Part shown: piece by piece, positions 1 to 8,824 of the stretch
Layout of the letters: every line of letters starts with the position of its first letter
Position numbering within the stretch: position 1 is the first letter of the stretch
DNA from: an uncultured Methylomirabilota bacterium
GTDB taxonomy: Bacteria; Methylomirabilota; Methylomirabilia; Methylomirabilales; 2-02-FULL-66-22
Assembly (NCBI GenBank): GCA_963727695.1
Contig: CAVSHW010000057.1
Location: 6,934-70,933, forward strand
Length of the DNA: 64,000 bases
Reading direction: 5' to 3'
Translations under genes and position numbers: made by a program
Notes under the pieces: generated by a model
The model's database searches: none
Seen by the model: the letters and a program-made list of their open reading frames with translations, nothing else
What the model was told of the DNA's origin: nothing

Positions 1-1
1 A

Positions 2-586
2 CCGCAGGAGGGGAGCGTCCCGTTCTACCTCGGGCTCACCTACATGCAAAAGAAGGATTACGCGGAAGCCGTGCGCCAGATGGACAAGGCAGTGGCGCTG
101 GATCCGAAGAACGTCCAGTACCTGTACCAGCTGGGGTCGGCTCAGGAGCGGGCTCGGATGCTTGACAAGGCCGAGGCCACCTTCCGCAAGGTGCTGGAGC
201 TGGATGCGAATCACGCCGACGCCTACAACTACCTCGGGTACATGTTCGCGGAGGAAGGCATCAAGCTGGATGAAGCCGTGGTCTTGATCCGGAAGGCCCT
301 GGAGTTGGAGCCGGAGAACGGCGCCTTCATCGACAGCCTTGGGTGGGCCTATTTCAAGCTGGGGCGGCTGGACGAGGCGATGGTCGAGCTCCAGCGCGCC
401 GTGCGCTATTCCCGGACAGAGGATGCGACGATTCGTGAGCACCTTGGGGACGTCTATTTTCAGAAGGGCATCCTGCGCGACGCCCTCCGTGAATGGGAGC
501 GCGCTTTCGCCCTGGACGACACCAACGCGGTCCTCCGCCAGAAACTCGAAGATCTCCGCAAGCGCGTCATCCGCGACGGACAATGA
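2..586 (+). CDS. TPR-repeat protein, 5' end outside window
   Basis: The frame of ORF 44..586 stays open back to the window edge (PQEGSVPFYLGLTYMQKKDYAEAV...). Repeated TPR-like helices are present (DYAEAVRQMDKAVALDP, ADAYNYLGYMF, LDEAMVELQRAV). Confidence 0.75.
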   Translation, partial: PQEGSVPFYLGLTYMQKKDYAEAVRQMDKAVALDPKNVQYLYQLGSAQERARMLDKAEATFRKVLELDANHADAYNYLGYMFAEEGIKLDEAVVLIRKALELEPENGAFIDSLGWAYFKLGRLDEAMVELQRAVRYSRTEDATIREHLGDVYFQKGILRDALREWERAFALDDTNAVLRQKLEDLRKRVIRDGQ

Positions 587-1425
587 GGCGTTGGGCTGGT
601 TCGCTGACGGGAGCGGTGGGTCTGCTCCTCACCGCATCCTGCGCCCTCGTGCCCGCCGCGCGCCAGCCCGGCCTGCAGAACCCAGAAGGAGTTCGCGCCC
701 AACTCCTCCGCGACGAGGCCGCGATCCGATCCGTTAAGGGAGTTGCCCGGTTCGGATACGAGGGACCTCGGGGGAGCGGATCGGCCACTCAGGTCATCGT
801 ACTGGCGCTGCCGGATCGCGCGCGAGTCGAAACACTGAGCCCCCTGGGGACGAGCGTCCTGGTGGTGACGCTCCAGGGAGAGAGGCTTCGGGTACACTCG
901 CTCATGCGCCACGAGTATGCGGCCGGCCGGGCCAGCCAGGAGACCCTCGGGCGCCTGGTCAACATCCCGGTTCCGCCTGCACTCCTCGTGCGTCTTCTGG
1001 CGGGACTGCCGCCCCTTCCCGTCCGCGCCGAGGACCCCAGACTTCGGATCATCGTCGAGGGCTCCGCCGTGCGCGTGGAATCGGTGGACGCGGAATGGTG
1101 GCAGCGCCTGTGGACGGGCCCGGACGGGACAGGGATCGAGCGCGGAGAGGCGGGGCGGATCTCGGAGACGGCCCTGCGCTTTGGGTTCGCGGACCGGCGC
1201 CCGACAGCGGGTGTGGAATTTCCCTTCGCCATCTGGGTCGAGGACGCGGCGAAGGGGGGCCGACTGGAGCTGGCGTACGATCGACTGACGTTGAACGAGC
1301 CCGTCGATGAGGCCCTCTTCGATCTTCCCCCGCCCCAGGACGGGCAGACCCGGATCATCGACTTGGGGGGCGACCTTCCGCCGGGAGCCGGACGCACGGG
1401 TCCCCGTGAGGGCGAAGCCAAATGA
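583..1425 (+). CDS. LolB-like outer-membrane lipoprotein (hypothetical)
   Basis: Internal ATG at 583 overlaps the upstream stop (ATGA). N-terminus MRRWAGSLTGAVGLLLTASC has a signal peptide plus lipobox Cys. Its position directly upstream of ispE-prs matches the lolB-ispE-prs order of proteobacteria. Confidence 0.5.
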   Translation: MRRWAGSLTGAVGLLLTASCALVPAARQPGLQNPEGVRAQLLRDEAAIRSVKGVARFGYEGPRGSGSATQVIVLALPDRARVETLSPLGTSVLVVTLQGERLRVHSLMRHEYAAGRASQETLGRLVNIPVPPALLVRLLAGLPPLPVRAEDPRLRIIVEGSAVRVESVDAEWWQRLWTGPDGTGIERGEAGRISETALRFGFADRRPTAGVEFPFAIWVEDAAKGGRLELAYDRLTLNEPVDEALFDLPPPQDGQTRIIDLGGDLPPGAGRTGPREGEAK

Positions 1426-2348
1426 ACGAGGTCGTCGTCCCGTCCCCGGCCAAGGTGAACCTGTTTCTCGAGATCATCGGACGGCGTCCCGACGGGTACC
1501 ACGATATCGCTTCCATCATGCAGATGGTGGACCTCTGCGACGAGGTACGGCTTCGCCGCAGACGAGCGGGGATCCACGTCGAGGTGCAGGGAGCCGAGCT
1601 TCCCGCCGGCCGGGGGAACCTGGCCTACCGGGCGGCGGCGCTCTTGCTGGAAGCGGCGGGGGTCGAGGGGGGGGTGGAGATTCATCTGGAAAAGCGAATC
1701 CCGGTGGCGGGAGGGCTCGGGGGAGGATCGAGCAACGCCGCCGCGGTGCTCATCGGACTCAGCCGGCTGTATGGGCTCTCGTGGTCCCGGGTGGCCTTGC
1801 AGAAGCTGGGAGAGAATCTGGGGAGCGACGTGCCGTTCTTCCTGGGCGACGGGCTGGCGCTCGCGACGGGACGGGGAGAGATCCTGACCCCGCTGTCGGC
1901 GTGGCCCCCACAATGGCTCGTCCTGGCGAACCCCGGGTTGCCGATTTCGACTGCCTGGGCATACCGGGAGGCGAGTTCGAAATTGACAGAATGGCAGCCG
2001 AGGGTTAATATCCCACCTTTCCTTCTTGGCGGCCGACCGCAGTGGCCGCCCGTCTGGGCGTTCAATCGTCTGGAGTCGGTTGTTCTCCCGCACCGGCCGG
2101 AGATCCTGGCGCTCAAGCATCTCCTGCGAGATGCGGGGGGGGCGCCGGTGCTCATGTCCGGGAGCGGTGCATCGGTGTTTGCGGTGGTGTCGGATGCCGT
2201 CTCGGCCCGTCAACTGGCCGCCCAGGCGGAAAAGAGCGGGGCGTTTGCGGCGGCCGTGACGACCTTGCCGGCCAATCCAATGTGGGGCCAGAAATCGGCG
2301 CGAGGCGTTCAAGAAAAGTGCATTCCATGGGCGGAGATCTGGTCCTGA
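1422..2348 (+). CDS. ispE: 4-diphosphocytidyl-2-C-methyl-D-erythritol kinase
   Basis: N-terminus [23 protein letters not shown] and the GHMP-kinase motif [17 protein letters not shown]. The start overlaps the upstream stop. Confidence 0.9.
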   Translation: MNEVVVPSPAKVNLFLEIIGRRPDGYHDIASIMQMVDLCDEVRLRRRRAGIHVEVQGAELPAGRGNLAYRAAALLLEAAGVEGGVEIHLEKRIPVAGGLGGGSSNAAAVLIGLSRLYGLSWSRVALQKLGENLGSDVPFFLGDGLALATGRGEILTPLSAWPPQWLVLANPGLPISTAWAYREASSKLTEWQPRVNIPPFLLGGRPQWPPVWAFNRLESVVLPHRPEILALKHLLRDAGGAPVLMSGSGASVFAVVSDAVSARQLAAQAEKSGAFAAAVTTLPANPMWGQKSARGVQEKCIPWAEIWS

Positions 2349-3277
2349 CTTCAGGGCGGGCGAACCCCACGCTCTCGCAGGAGATCGCGACGTCGCTGGG
2401 AACCCGTCTGGCCGAGACGGACGTGACCCAGTTCTCGGATGGCGAGGTCTTTGTGCAGGTCAACGAGAACGTCCGGGGGGCGGACGTCTTCGTGATCCAG
2501 CCCACCTGCTACCCGGTGAACCGGAATATCATGGAACTGCTCATCATGATCGATGCCATGAAGCGGGCATCCGCGTTCCGGATTACGGCGGTGATTCCCT
2601 ATTACGGCTACGGCCGCCAGGACCGAAAGGTGCAGCCCCGTGTGCCGATCACCGCCAAGTTGGTGGCGGATCTGATCACGGCGGCCGGCACCGACCATGT
2701 CCTCACCATGGACCTGCACGCAGGGCAGATCCAAGGCTTCTTCAACATCCCGGTGGACAATCTGTTTGCCGCCCCGATCCTGCTCCAGCACTTCCAGGAT
2801 CGGGTGGCTCAGGGCGTCTGGCGTGATCTGGTCGTGGTGTCTCCGGACGCCGGAGGCGTGGAGCGGGCGCGGGCCTTTGCCAAGCGGCTCGGCACCTCGC
2901 TGGCCATCATGGACAAGCGACGGACCGCTCCGAACGAGGCCAAGATCATGCACGTCATCGGGGACGTCCGGGGCCGAGACGTGATTCTGCTGGACGACAT
3001 CATCGACACGGCCGGGACCATCACGCAGGCCGCCCAGGCCCTGCGAGAGGAGGGCGCCCGCCGGATCCTGGCAAGCTGCACACACGCGGTCCTGTCCGGC
3101 CGAGCCATCGAGCGGCTGGAGCAGTCGGAGATCGAAGAGGTCGTCGTGACGAACACCATTCCTCTCCGAGAGGAGCAAGCGTGCAAGAAGGTCACCGTCC
3201 TGTCGGTGGCTCCGCTCCTCGGCGAGGCGATCCGACGGATTCATACTGAGACCTCGGTCAGCTCGCTCTTCGTCTGA
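2327..3277 (+). CDS. prs: ribose-phosphate pyrophosphokinase
   Basis: Within ORF 2042..3277 homology begins at ATG 2327 ([21 protein letters not shown]). Motifs include [21 protein letters not shown] and the PRPP loop [13 protein letters not shown]. Confidence 0.9.
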   Translation: MGGDLVLTSGRANPTLSQEIATSLGTRLAETDVTQFSDGEVFVQVNENVRGADVFVIQPTCYPVNRNIMELLIMIDAMKRASAFRITAVIPYYGYGRQDRKVQPRVPITAKLVADLITAAGTDHVLTMDLHAGQIQGFFNIPVDNLFAAPILLQHFQDRVAQGVWRDLVVVSPDAGGVERARAFAKRLGTSLAIMDKRRTAPNEAKIMHVIGDVRGRDVILLDDIIDTAGTITQAAQALREEGARRILASCTHAVLSGRAIERLEQSEIEEVVVTNTIPLREEQACKKVTVLSVAPLLGEAIRRIHTETSVSSLFV

Positions 3278-3341
3278 AACGCGAGCGAACGACCGAGGCC
3301 GCGACCCGGGACACGCCGTTTGGCGGTAGGTGGAGGCGAGC

Positions 3342-4049
3342 ATGGCAACCGTTGACTTGCAGGCTGAGTTTCGAACCGTAGTGGGGAAGGAAGGGGCCAA
3401 GAAGCTGCGCCAGGCGAAGCGCATTCCCGCGGTCGTTTACGGAGGGCCGCGCGGGCCGATCCCCGTGGTGGTGAACCCGCTCGAGCTCCTGGCGGTGCTG
3501 GAGGCGGGGGAGAACGTCCTGATCAATCTCTCGCTGACGGGCGGAGAGGCTCCACAGACTTCCGTGGTGATCCTGAAGGAGCTCCAGCGGCATCCCGTCA
3601 AGGGGTCGCCGTTGCACGCCGACTTCCAGGAGATCTCGATGGAGCGGAAGATCCGCGTCGAGGTGCCACTCCTATTGACCGGCGAGCCGACGGGGGTGAA
3701 GGAGAAGGGGGGCATCCTGGAGCACGCGCTGCGCCAGCTCTCCGTGGAATGTCTGCCGCTCAGCATCCCCGACCGGATCGTGCTCGATGTCAGCGCGCTG
3801 GACATCGGAGATACGCTTCATGTGGGGGATGTGACCGTGGCGGAAGGGGTGCGCATCCTGGACGATGCCGCCCGCGTCGTGGCCTCGGTCCTGGCGCCAA
3901 AGGCCGAAGAGGTGGCCGAGGTGACAGAGGAAGAGAAGCCGGCCGAGCCGGAAGTGGTGGGCAAGAAGGAGAAGGAAGAGGCCGAGGCCGGAGCGGAGGC
4001 CAAGGAGGACAGGAAGAAGCCGGAGGTCAAGGAGGACAAGAAGAAGTAG
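3342..4049 (+). CDS. rplY: 50S ribosomal protein L25 / general stress protein Ctc, with K/E-rich tail
   Basis: MATVDLQAEFRTVVGKEGAKKLRQAKRIPAVVYGG is typical L25/Ctc. GGAGG lies 5 nt before ATG 3342. The C-terminal tail is low-complexity KKEKEEAEAGAEAKEDRKKPEVKEDKKK. Confidence 0.85.
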   Translation: MATVDLQAEFRTVVGKEGAKKLRQAKRIPAVVYGGPRGPIPVVVNPLELLAVLEAGENVLINLSLTGGEAPQTSVVILKELQRHPVKGSPLHADFQEISMERKIRVEVPLLLTGEPTGVKEKGGILEHALRQLSVECLPLSIPDRIVLDVSALDIGDTLHVGDVTVAEGVRILDDAARVVASVLAPKAEEVAEVTEEEKPAEPEVVGKKEKEEAEAGAEAKEDRKKPEVKEDKKK

Positions 4050-4661
4050 GTGGAGGCCATCGAGCAGGCGCGCTGGCTGGTGGTGGGCCTGGGGAATCCC
4101 GGATCCGAGTACGTCGAGACCCGCCACAACTTGGGTTTCGCCGTGGTGGAGCGGTTGGCGGCACACGCCGGGGAGGTGTTCGCCTCGCGGGGCTTCCAGT
4201 GCGAGGTGTGCTTGGTCCGCCTGGCCGCAACGCCGGTCTTGCTGCTCAAGCCCCAGACCTTCATGAACCGGAGCGGAGCTGCCGTCTTCGATTGGATCGA
4301 GCGGCTCGGCCTCTCGCCGGCGGATCTGGTGGTGGCTCACGACGATTTGGACCTGCCCCTGGGGCGGATCCGGATCGGCGCCGGGGCCGGGCCGGGGGGG
4401 CATCGGGGCGTCCTCTCGATCCAGGAGTGGCTCGGGACCAGGGAGTTTGCGCGGCTCCGGATCGGCATCGGGCGGCCGGAGAGCGGCGACGCGGCGGCCG
4501 ATCATGTCCTGGCGGTGTTTCGGAAGGACGAGGCGCCGCTCGTGGCCGAGGTCGTCGATCGGTGCGCCGCCGCGCTTTGCTGTCTGGTGCAGGAGGGGGT
4601 GGCCGCGGCCATGACTCGGTACAACGGGCGGGACGTCCCGGACGTCGCGTCCTCCGTATAG
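4050..4661 (+). CDS. pth: peptidyl-tRNA hydrolase
   Basis: WLVVGLGNPGSEYVETRHNLGF and LLLKPQTFMNRSG motifs. GTG start lies immediately after the rplY stop. Confidence 0.9.
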   Translation: MEAIEQARWLVVGLGNPGSEYVETRHNLGFAVVERLAAHAGEVFASRGFQCEVCLVRLAATPVLLLKPQTFMNRSGAAVFDWIERLGLSPADLVVAHDDLDLPLGRIRIGAGAGPGGHRGVLSIQEWLGTREFARLRIGIGRPESGDAAADHVLAVFRKDEAPLVAEVVDRCAAALCCLVQEGVAAAMTRYNGRDVPDVASSV

Positions 4662-4715
4662 GGTGAACGTGAGCGAACGCGATAGCGTGTGGACCAGGAA
4701 AGGGAGGTGAGAAGC

Positions 4716-5102
4716 GTGCGATCCTACGAGGTAATCTTCATTCTGGATCCTGCCTTGGCCGATGACGGGGTGGAGGCGGCCGTCGTGGCTGCCAAGGGAG
4801 TGCTGGCCAAGGCGGGGGGCGAAGTCGCCGAGGTCCAGAAGTGGGGGAAAAAGCGTCTGGCCTACGACATCAAGAAGCGGCGTGAGGGGCATTACGTGTA
4901 TTTCCGAGCCCAGGCGCCGGGAAAGGCCGTGGCGGAACTGGAGCGCCACCTGAAGATCGCGGAACCGGTGTTGAAGTATATTACGGTGCTGATGGAAAAA
5001 CCCCGGCGCAAGGCTGTGAAGGCGGCCGCAGTCGCGCCTGCATCCGCGCCGGCACCCGAAGGCGAAGCCGAAGCCGTCGAGGCGACTCTTCAGGAGGCCT
5101 GA
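4716..5102 (+). CDS. rpsF: 30S ribosomal protein S6
   Basis: GTG 4716 is preceded by AGGGAGG (4701-4707). VRSYEVIFILDP...WGKKRLAYDIKKRREGHYVYF is S6-like. The C-terminal tail is acidic/Ala-rich. Confidence 0.9.
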   Translation: MRSYEVIFILDPALADDGVEAAVVAAKGVLAKAGGEVAEVQKWGKKRLAYDIKKRREGHYVYFRAQAPGKAVAELERHLKIAEPVLKYITVLMEKPRRKAVKAAAVAPASAPAPEGEAEAVEATLQEA

Positions 5103-5104
5103 GC

Positions 5105-5515
5105 ATGGCCAGCTTCAACAAAGTCATTCTGATGGGGAATCTTACCCGCGACCCCGAGCTCCGGTACACGCCCAGCGGAGCACCGGTGTGCAACTTCGAC
5201 CTGGCAATGAACCGGTCCTACACCACCCAGGGTGGAGAGCGGCGGGACGAAGTGTGTTACGTCACCGTGGTCGTCTGGGCAAAGCAGGCCGAGAGTTGCG
5301 CCGAGTATCTCGTCAAAGGCCGTTCGGTGCTGGTGGAGGGTCACCTGCAGCAGCGGTCATGGGAGACTCCGGAGGGCCAGAAGCGCTCGAAGCATGAGGT
5401 GGTGGCGGAGCGGGTGCAGTTCCTCGGTCCGCGGAAGGGGGCGGCGGGCCCGACCTCCGGGGAGGAGGAGCCGGAGCCGACGCGGGGCCCCGAGCAGGAC
5501 GAGGTGCCTTTTTGA
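5105..5515 (+). CDS. ssb: single-stranded DNA-binding protein
   Basis: MASFNKVILMGNLTRDPELRYTPSG OB-fold N-terminus, a Gly/Pro-rich linker, and an acidic C-terminal tip DEVPF. Confidence 0.92.
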   Translation: MASFNKVILMGNLTRDPELRYTPSGAPVCNFDLAMNRSYTTQGGERRDEVCYVTVVVWAKQAESCAEYLVKGRSVLVEGHLQQRSWETPEGQKRSKHEVVAERVQFLGPRKGAAGPTSGEEEPEPTRGPEQDEVPF

Positions 5516-5596
5516 GTGAATTCCGGCCCGAGCCGATTCGGCCGGGCCGACTCGTATCGAACATCCCCCGTTCCGGGGGGAGAAGGAGAGAACGGC

Positions 5597-5833
5597 GTGC
5601 TGAAGAAACGACGAACCTTTCGTCGCGCGAAGGTCTGCAAGTTCTGTCTGGATAAGATCATCCAGTTGGATTTCAAGGACGTGAAGCGGCTGCGGGGTTT
5701 CGTGAGCGACCGAGGGAAGATTATTCCCCGCAGGATTTCGGGAAACTGCGCCTACCACCAGCGGGCATTGACCGTGGCGATCAAGCGTGCGCGCAGCATC
5801 GCCCTGCTGGCATTTGCCGCGGAGACGTCGTAG
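5597..5833 (+). CDS. rpsR: 30S ribosomal protein S18
   Basis: In ORF 5516..5833 the S18 core is [53 protein letters not shown]. The likely GTG start at 5597 follows GGAGAAGGAGAG. Confidence 0.85.
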   Translation: MLKKRRTFRRAKVCKFCLDKIIQLDFKDVKRLRGFVSDRGKIIPRRISGNCAYHQRALTVAIKRARSIALLAFAAETS

Positions 5834-5838
5834 GCGGG

Positions 5839-6825
5839 GTGAAGGAATCGGACGTGGTGGAGCTGGGCGTGCAGGGAAAGCGGTGGCTGGGCGCCACGGC
5901 CGAGGCCGTCTTCGCCAGTGTCGTTGCCGTCGGCCTGTTCGCGTCGGGCAGCTTCTTCCCCGTCCTGGGCATCGGCCTGAGCCTCTTGTCCCCGCTTCCC
6001 TTTGTGGCGGTTCGTCTGCGTCACGGCAGGACGACACTCGCCCTGGCTTTGGCGCTCACGACCCTGATGCTCGCGGTTCCGCTCTCCTTCCAGCAGGGGA
6101 TCATCTTTCTGCTGGAGTTCGGTGCCCCGGCGGTCGTGCTGGGGGAGGGCCTGCGTCGTGGCGGCCGCGCCGAGACCGTGGTGGTTGGAGTGGCAGCGGC
6201 CCTGGCGGTGGGGGGAGTAGCGGTGCTCGTCGTCGCTTCGGGCGAATGGGAGCATCCGGTCCGCGCCATCGGGCAGCACCTGGACGCGCTGCTGGCCGAC
6301 ATGGAGGCCCTCTCCGCCCGGGTGGGGATCGCCGAAGGTCCGGGTGGCCTGGAGATGCCAACCAAGCAACTGCGTTCGGCGCTCCTGGTCGCGTTTCCCG
6401 GCCTGCTATTCGTCGGCAGTCTGCTCACGGCGGCGGGCTACGTGCTGGTCTTTCAAGCGATGGTGCGCCGCTGGCCAGCCCAGCTCGGCGCGACAACGTC
6501 GGCCGCGTTTCGCTGGGAAATGCCGGAGTTGTTTGTCTGGGGTTTCATTGGGTCGGGTGTCGGCTTTTTGACGGGGATTCCCTGGCTGAAGGCCATCGGG
6601 GTGAACGGACTCATCATATTTCTGAGCTTGTATTTCCTACAGGGGCTCAGCATCGCGGCATTCCTGTTTCGGCGCTTCCAGTTGCCTCGGTCCTTGGCGA
6701 CCCTGTCGGTGATTCTGTTGGTCTTCCAGCCGTTTTTCACGCTGCTGGTGGCCGGCCTAGGGCTCTTCGATGTCTGGTTTGGCTTTCGGCGGCTCAGTCT
6801 GCCAAAGCCGCCGGGACAGACCTGA
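5839..6825 (+). CDS. polytopic membrane protein, DUF2232/YybS-like
   Basis: Multiple hydrophobic helices. It lies between rpsR and rplI, exactly where yybS lies in Bacillus. Confidence 0.55.
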   Translation: MKESDVVELGVQGKRWLGATAEAVFASVVAVGLFASGSFFPVLGIGLSLLSPLPFVAVRLRHGRTTLALALALTTLMLAVPLSFQQGIIFLLEFGAPAVVLGEGLRRGGRAETVVVGVAAALAVGGVAVLVVASGEWEHPVRAIGQHLDALLADMEALSARVGIAEGPGGLEMPTKQLRSALLVAFPGLLFVGSLLTAAGYVLVFQAMVRRWPAQLGATTSAAFRWEMPELFVWGFIGSGVGFLTGIPWLKAIGVNGLIIFLSLYFLQGLSIAAFLFRRFQLPRSLATLSVILLVFQPFFTLLVAGLGLFDVWFGFRRLSLPKPPGQT

Positions 6826-6888
6826 GACGAGAGAGCGGAGAGACGATATTCTCGCACCGAGAACCGACTACAAAAGATGGAGTATGAC

Positions 6889-7419
6889 ATGAAAGTGATT
6901 CTGATGCAGAAGGTCGAGCGGTTGGGGGAGCCGGGACAGCAAGTCGAGGTGACCGATGGGTACGCCCGGAATTTTCTGCTTCCCAAGCAGCTCGCGGTCC
7001 TGGCGACGCCGGGTCGCCTGCGTTCCCTGTCGCAACTGACGGCCCAGGCCAAGAATCGGGAGGATCGCAGCAAGCAAGAGGCCCAGGCGTTGGCCGAACG
7101 TCTGTCGACGATCCAACTCACCTTCATGCGGCGGGCCGCCGAGGAGACCCCGGCAGAGATCGTCGTGGTCGCGCCAACCGAGGCGGCACCGGAAGCCGCC
7201 CTGCCGACCCCCGTGGCGGTCCCGGCTGCCCCGAAGCTTTTCGGATCGGTGACCAGCCAGGACGTCAGCGAGGCGCTGGCGACCCGAGGGTTCAGTGTGG
7301 AGAAGCGGCAGATCATTCTTGAGGAGCCGATCAAGACCCTTGGAGTGCATAACGTGCCGGTGCGTCTGCACACGGATGTGCTGGTGGAGCTGACCGTTAC
7401 GGTGGAACGCGAGGTCTAG
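6889..7419 (+). CDS. rplI: 50S ribosomal protein L9, with Ala/Pro-rich insertion
   Basis: MKVILMQKVERLGEPGQQVEVTDGYARNFLLPKQLA N-domain and LFGSVTSQDVSEAL C-domain. About 27 extra residues (AAEETPAEIVVVAPTEAAPEAALPTPVAVPAAP) sit before LFGS. Confidence 0.88.
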   Translation: MKVILMQKVERLGEPGQQVEVTDGYARNFLLPKQLAVLATPGRLRSLSQLTAQAKNREDRSKQEAQALAERLSTIQLTFMRRAAEETPAEIVVVAPTEAAPEAALPTPVAVPAAPKLFGSVTSQDVSEALATRGFSVEKRQIILEEPIKTLGVHNVPVRLHTDVLVELTVTVEREV

Positions 7420-7443
7420 GCGATCATACCATCTCGATTTCCT

Positions 7444-8808
7444 ATGTCCGACACGACGGTGGCACTCGACAGGATCCCCCCCCAGAATCTTGAGGCGGAA
7501 GTCTCGGTGCTGGGAGCGGTCCTGCAGGAGTCGGGGGCTCTGCTGAAAGCGATGGAGACCCTCCGGCCGGGCGACTTCTACAAAGAGGCCCACCGGAAGA
7601 TCTTCGCCGCCTGCGTGGAGCTCTTCGAGCGGAACGAGCCGGTCGACCTTGTCACGCTGGCAAACGAGCTGATGCGGCGGAAGGTCCTAGAGGAGGTCGG
7701 GGGCGCGAGCTACCTGGCCTCTCTGGTGGATGCCGTCCCGACGGCCGCCAACGCCGCCTATCACGCCCGCATCGTCAAGGACAAGGCGCTGCTCTCGGCC
7801 CTGATCCAGAAAGCCACGGCCGTTGTCGGCCGGGCGTATGCCGATACGGACGACGTGGACCTGGTCCTGGATTGGGCCGAACAGCAGATCTTCGAGATCT
7901 CCCAGGAGAAGATCGGCCGCTCGTTCATTCCCCTCAAGGCGATTCTCAAGGGAACGTTCGAGCTGATCGAGACCCTGTATGAGCGCAAGAGCCACGTCAC
8001 CGGGGTTCCGACGGGGTTCGCCAAGTTCGACGAGATGACGGCCGGGCTGCAGCCGTCCGACCTGATCGTGGTGGCGGGCCGTCCCTCCATGGGGAAGACC
8101 AGCTTCTGCCTCAACATCGCGCAATACGCCGCCGTCCACGAGCATACGACGGTCGCCATCTTCAGCCTGGAGATGTCGAAGGAGCAACTGGTTCAGCGCA
8201 TGCTGTGCTCCGAGGCCAAGGTCGATTCGCACAAACTCCGCACCGGCTATCTTTCCGACTCGGACTGGCCAAAGCTGACCCGCGGCGCGGGCATCCTGTC
8301 CGAATCCCCCATCTTCATCGACGATACGCCCGGCATCACTCTGCTGGAGATGCGCGCCAAGGCCCGGCGCCTCAAGGCGGAGCAGGGGCTCGGACTGGTG
8401 ATCATCGACTACTTGCAGCTCATCTCGGGGCGAGGGCGGGCGGAAAGCCGGCAACAGGAGATCTCCGAGATCTCCCGCTCCCTGAAGGCGATGGCCAAGG
8501 AGTTGAGCGTGCCCGTGGTGGCGCTGTCCCAGCTCTCACGGGCGGTGGAGTCCCGCCAGCCGCCGCGCCCGCAACTGTCCGACCTGCGCGAGTCCGGGGC
8601 GATCGAGCAGGACGCGGATGTGGTGACGTTTCTCTACCGTCCGGCGTTCTACCGCGTCCGGAAGGACGAGGAAGCGGACGAGCCCGAGGACAACACCACC
8701 GAGGTCATCATCGGCAAGCAGCGGAACGGCCCCACGGGGACCGTGTATCTGGCGTTCTTGCGGGAATACACCCTGTTCGAGGAGCAGGAACGGCAACGGG
8801 ACTTCTGA
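7444..8808 (+). CDS. dnaB: replicative DNA helicase
   Basis: PPQNLEAEVSVLGAVL N-terminus, Walker A GRPSMGKTSF, IIDYLQL, and LSQLSRAVESR...DLRESGAIEQDADVV motifs. Confidence 0.95.
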   Translation: MSDTTVALDRIPPQNLEAEVSVLGAVLQESGALLKAMETLRPGDFYKEAHRKIFAACVELFERNEPVDLVTLANELMRRKVLEEVGGASYLASLVDAVPTAANAAYHARIVKDKALLSALIQKATAVVGRAYADTDDVDLVLDWAEQQIFEISQEKIGRSFIPLKAILKGTFELIETLYERKSHVTGVPTGFAKFDEMTAGLQPSDLIVVAGRPSMGKTSFCLNIAQYAAVHEHTTVAIFSLEMSKEQLVQRMLCSEAKVDSHKLRTGYLSDSDWPKLTRGAGILSESPIFIDDTPGITLLEMRAKARRLKAEQGLGLVIIDYLQLISGRGRAESRQQEISEISRSLKAMAKELSVPVVALSQLSRAVESRQPPRPQLSDLRESGAIEQDADVVTFLYRPAFYRVRKDEEADEPEDNTTEVIIGKQRNGPTGTVYLAFLREYTLFEEQERQRDF

Positions 8809-8824
8809 TGCCCCCGAGGGAGCA

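Noticed and set aside
339-1310. Alternative-frame + strand ORFs overlapping annotated genes (for example 339..737, 917..1288, 2042..2326, 5787..6887, 53050..53466).
   Set aside because: These are out-of-frame read-throughs or upstream extensions of real genes. Their Arg/Gly/Pro-rich composition is typical of off-frame translation in GC-rich DNA.
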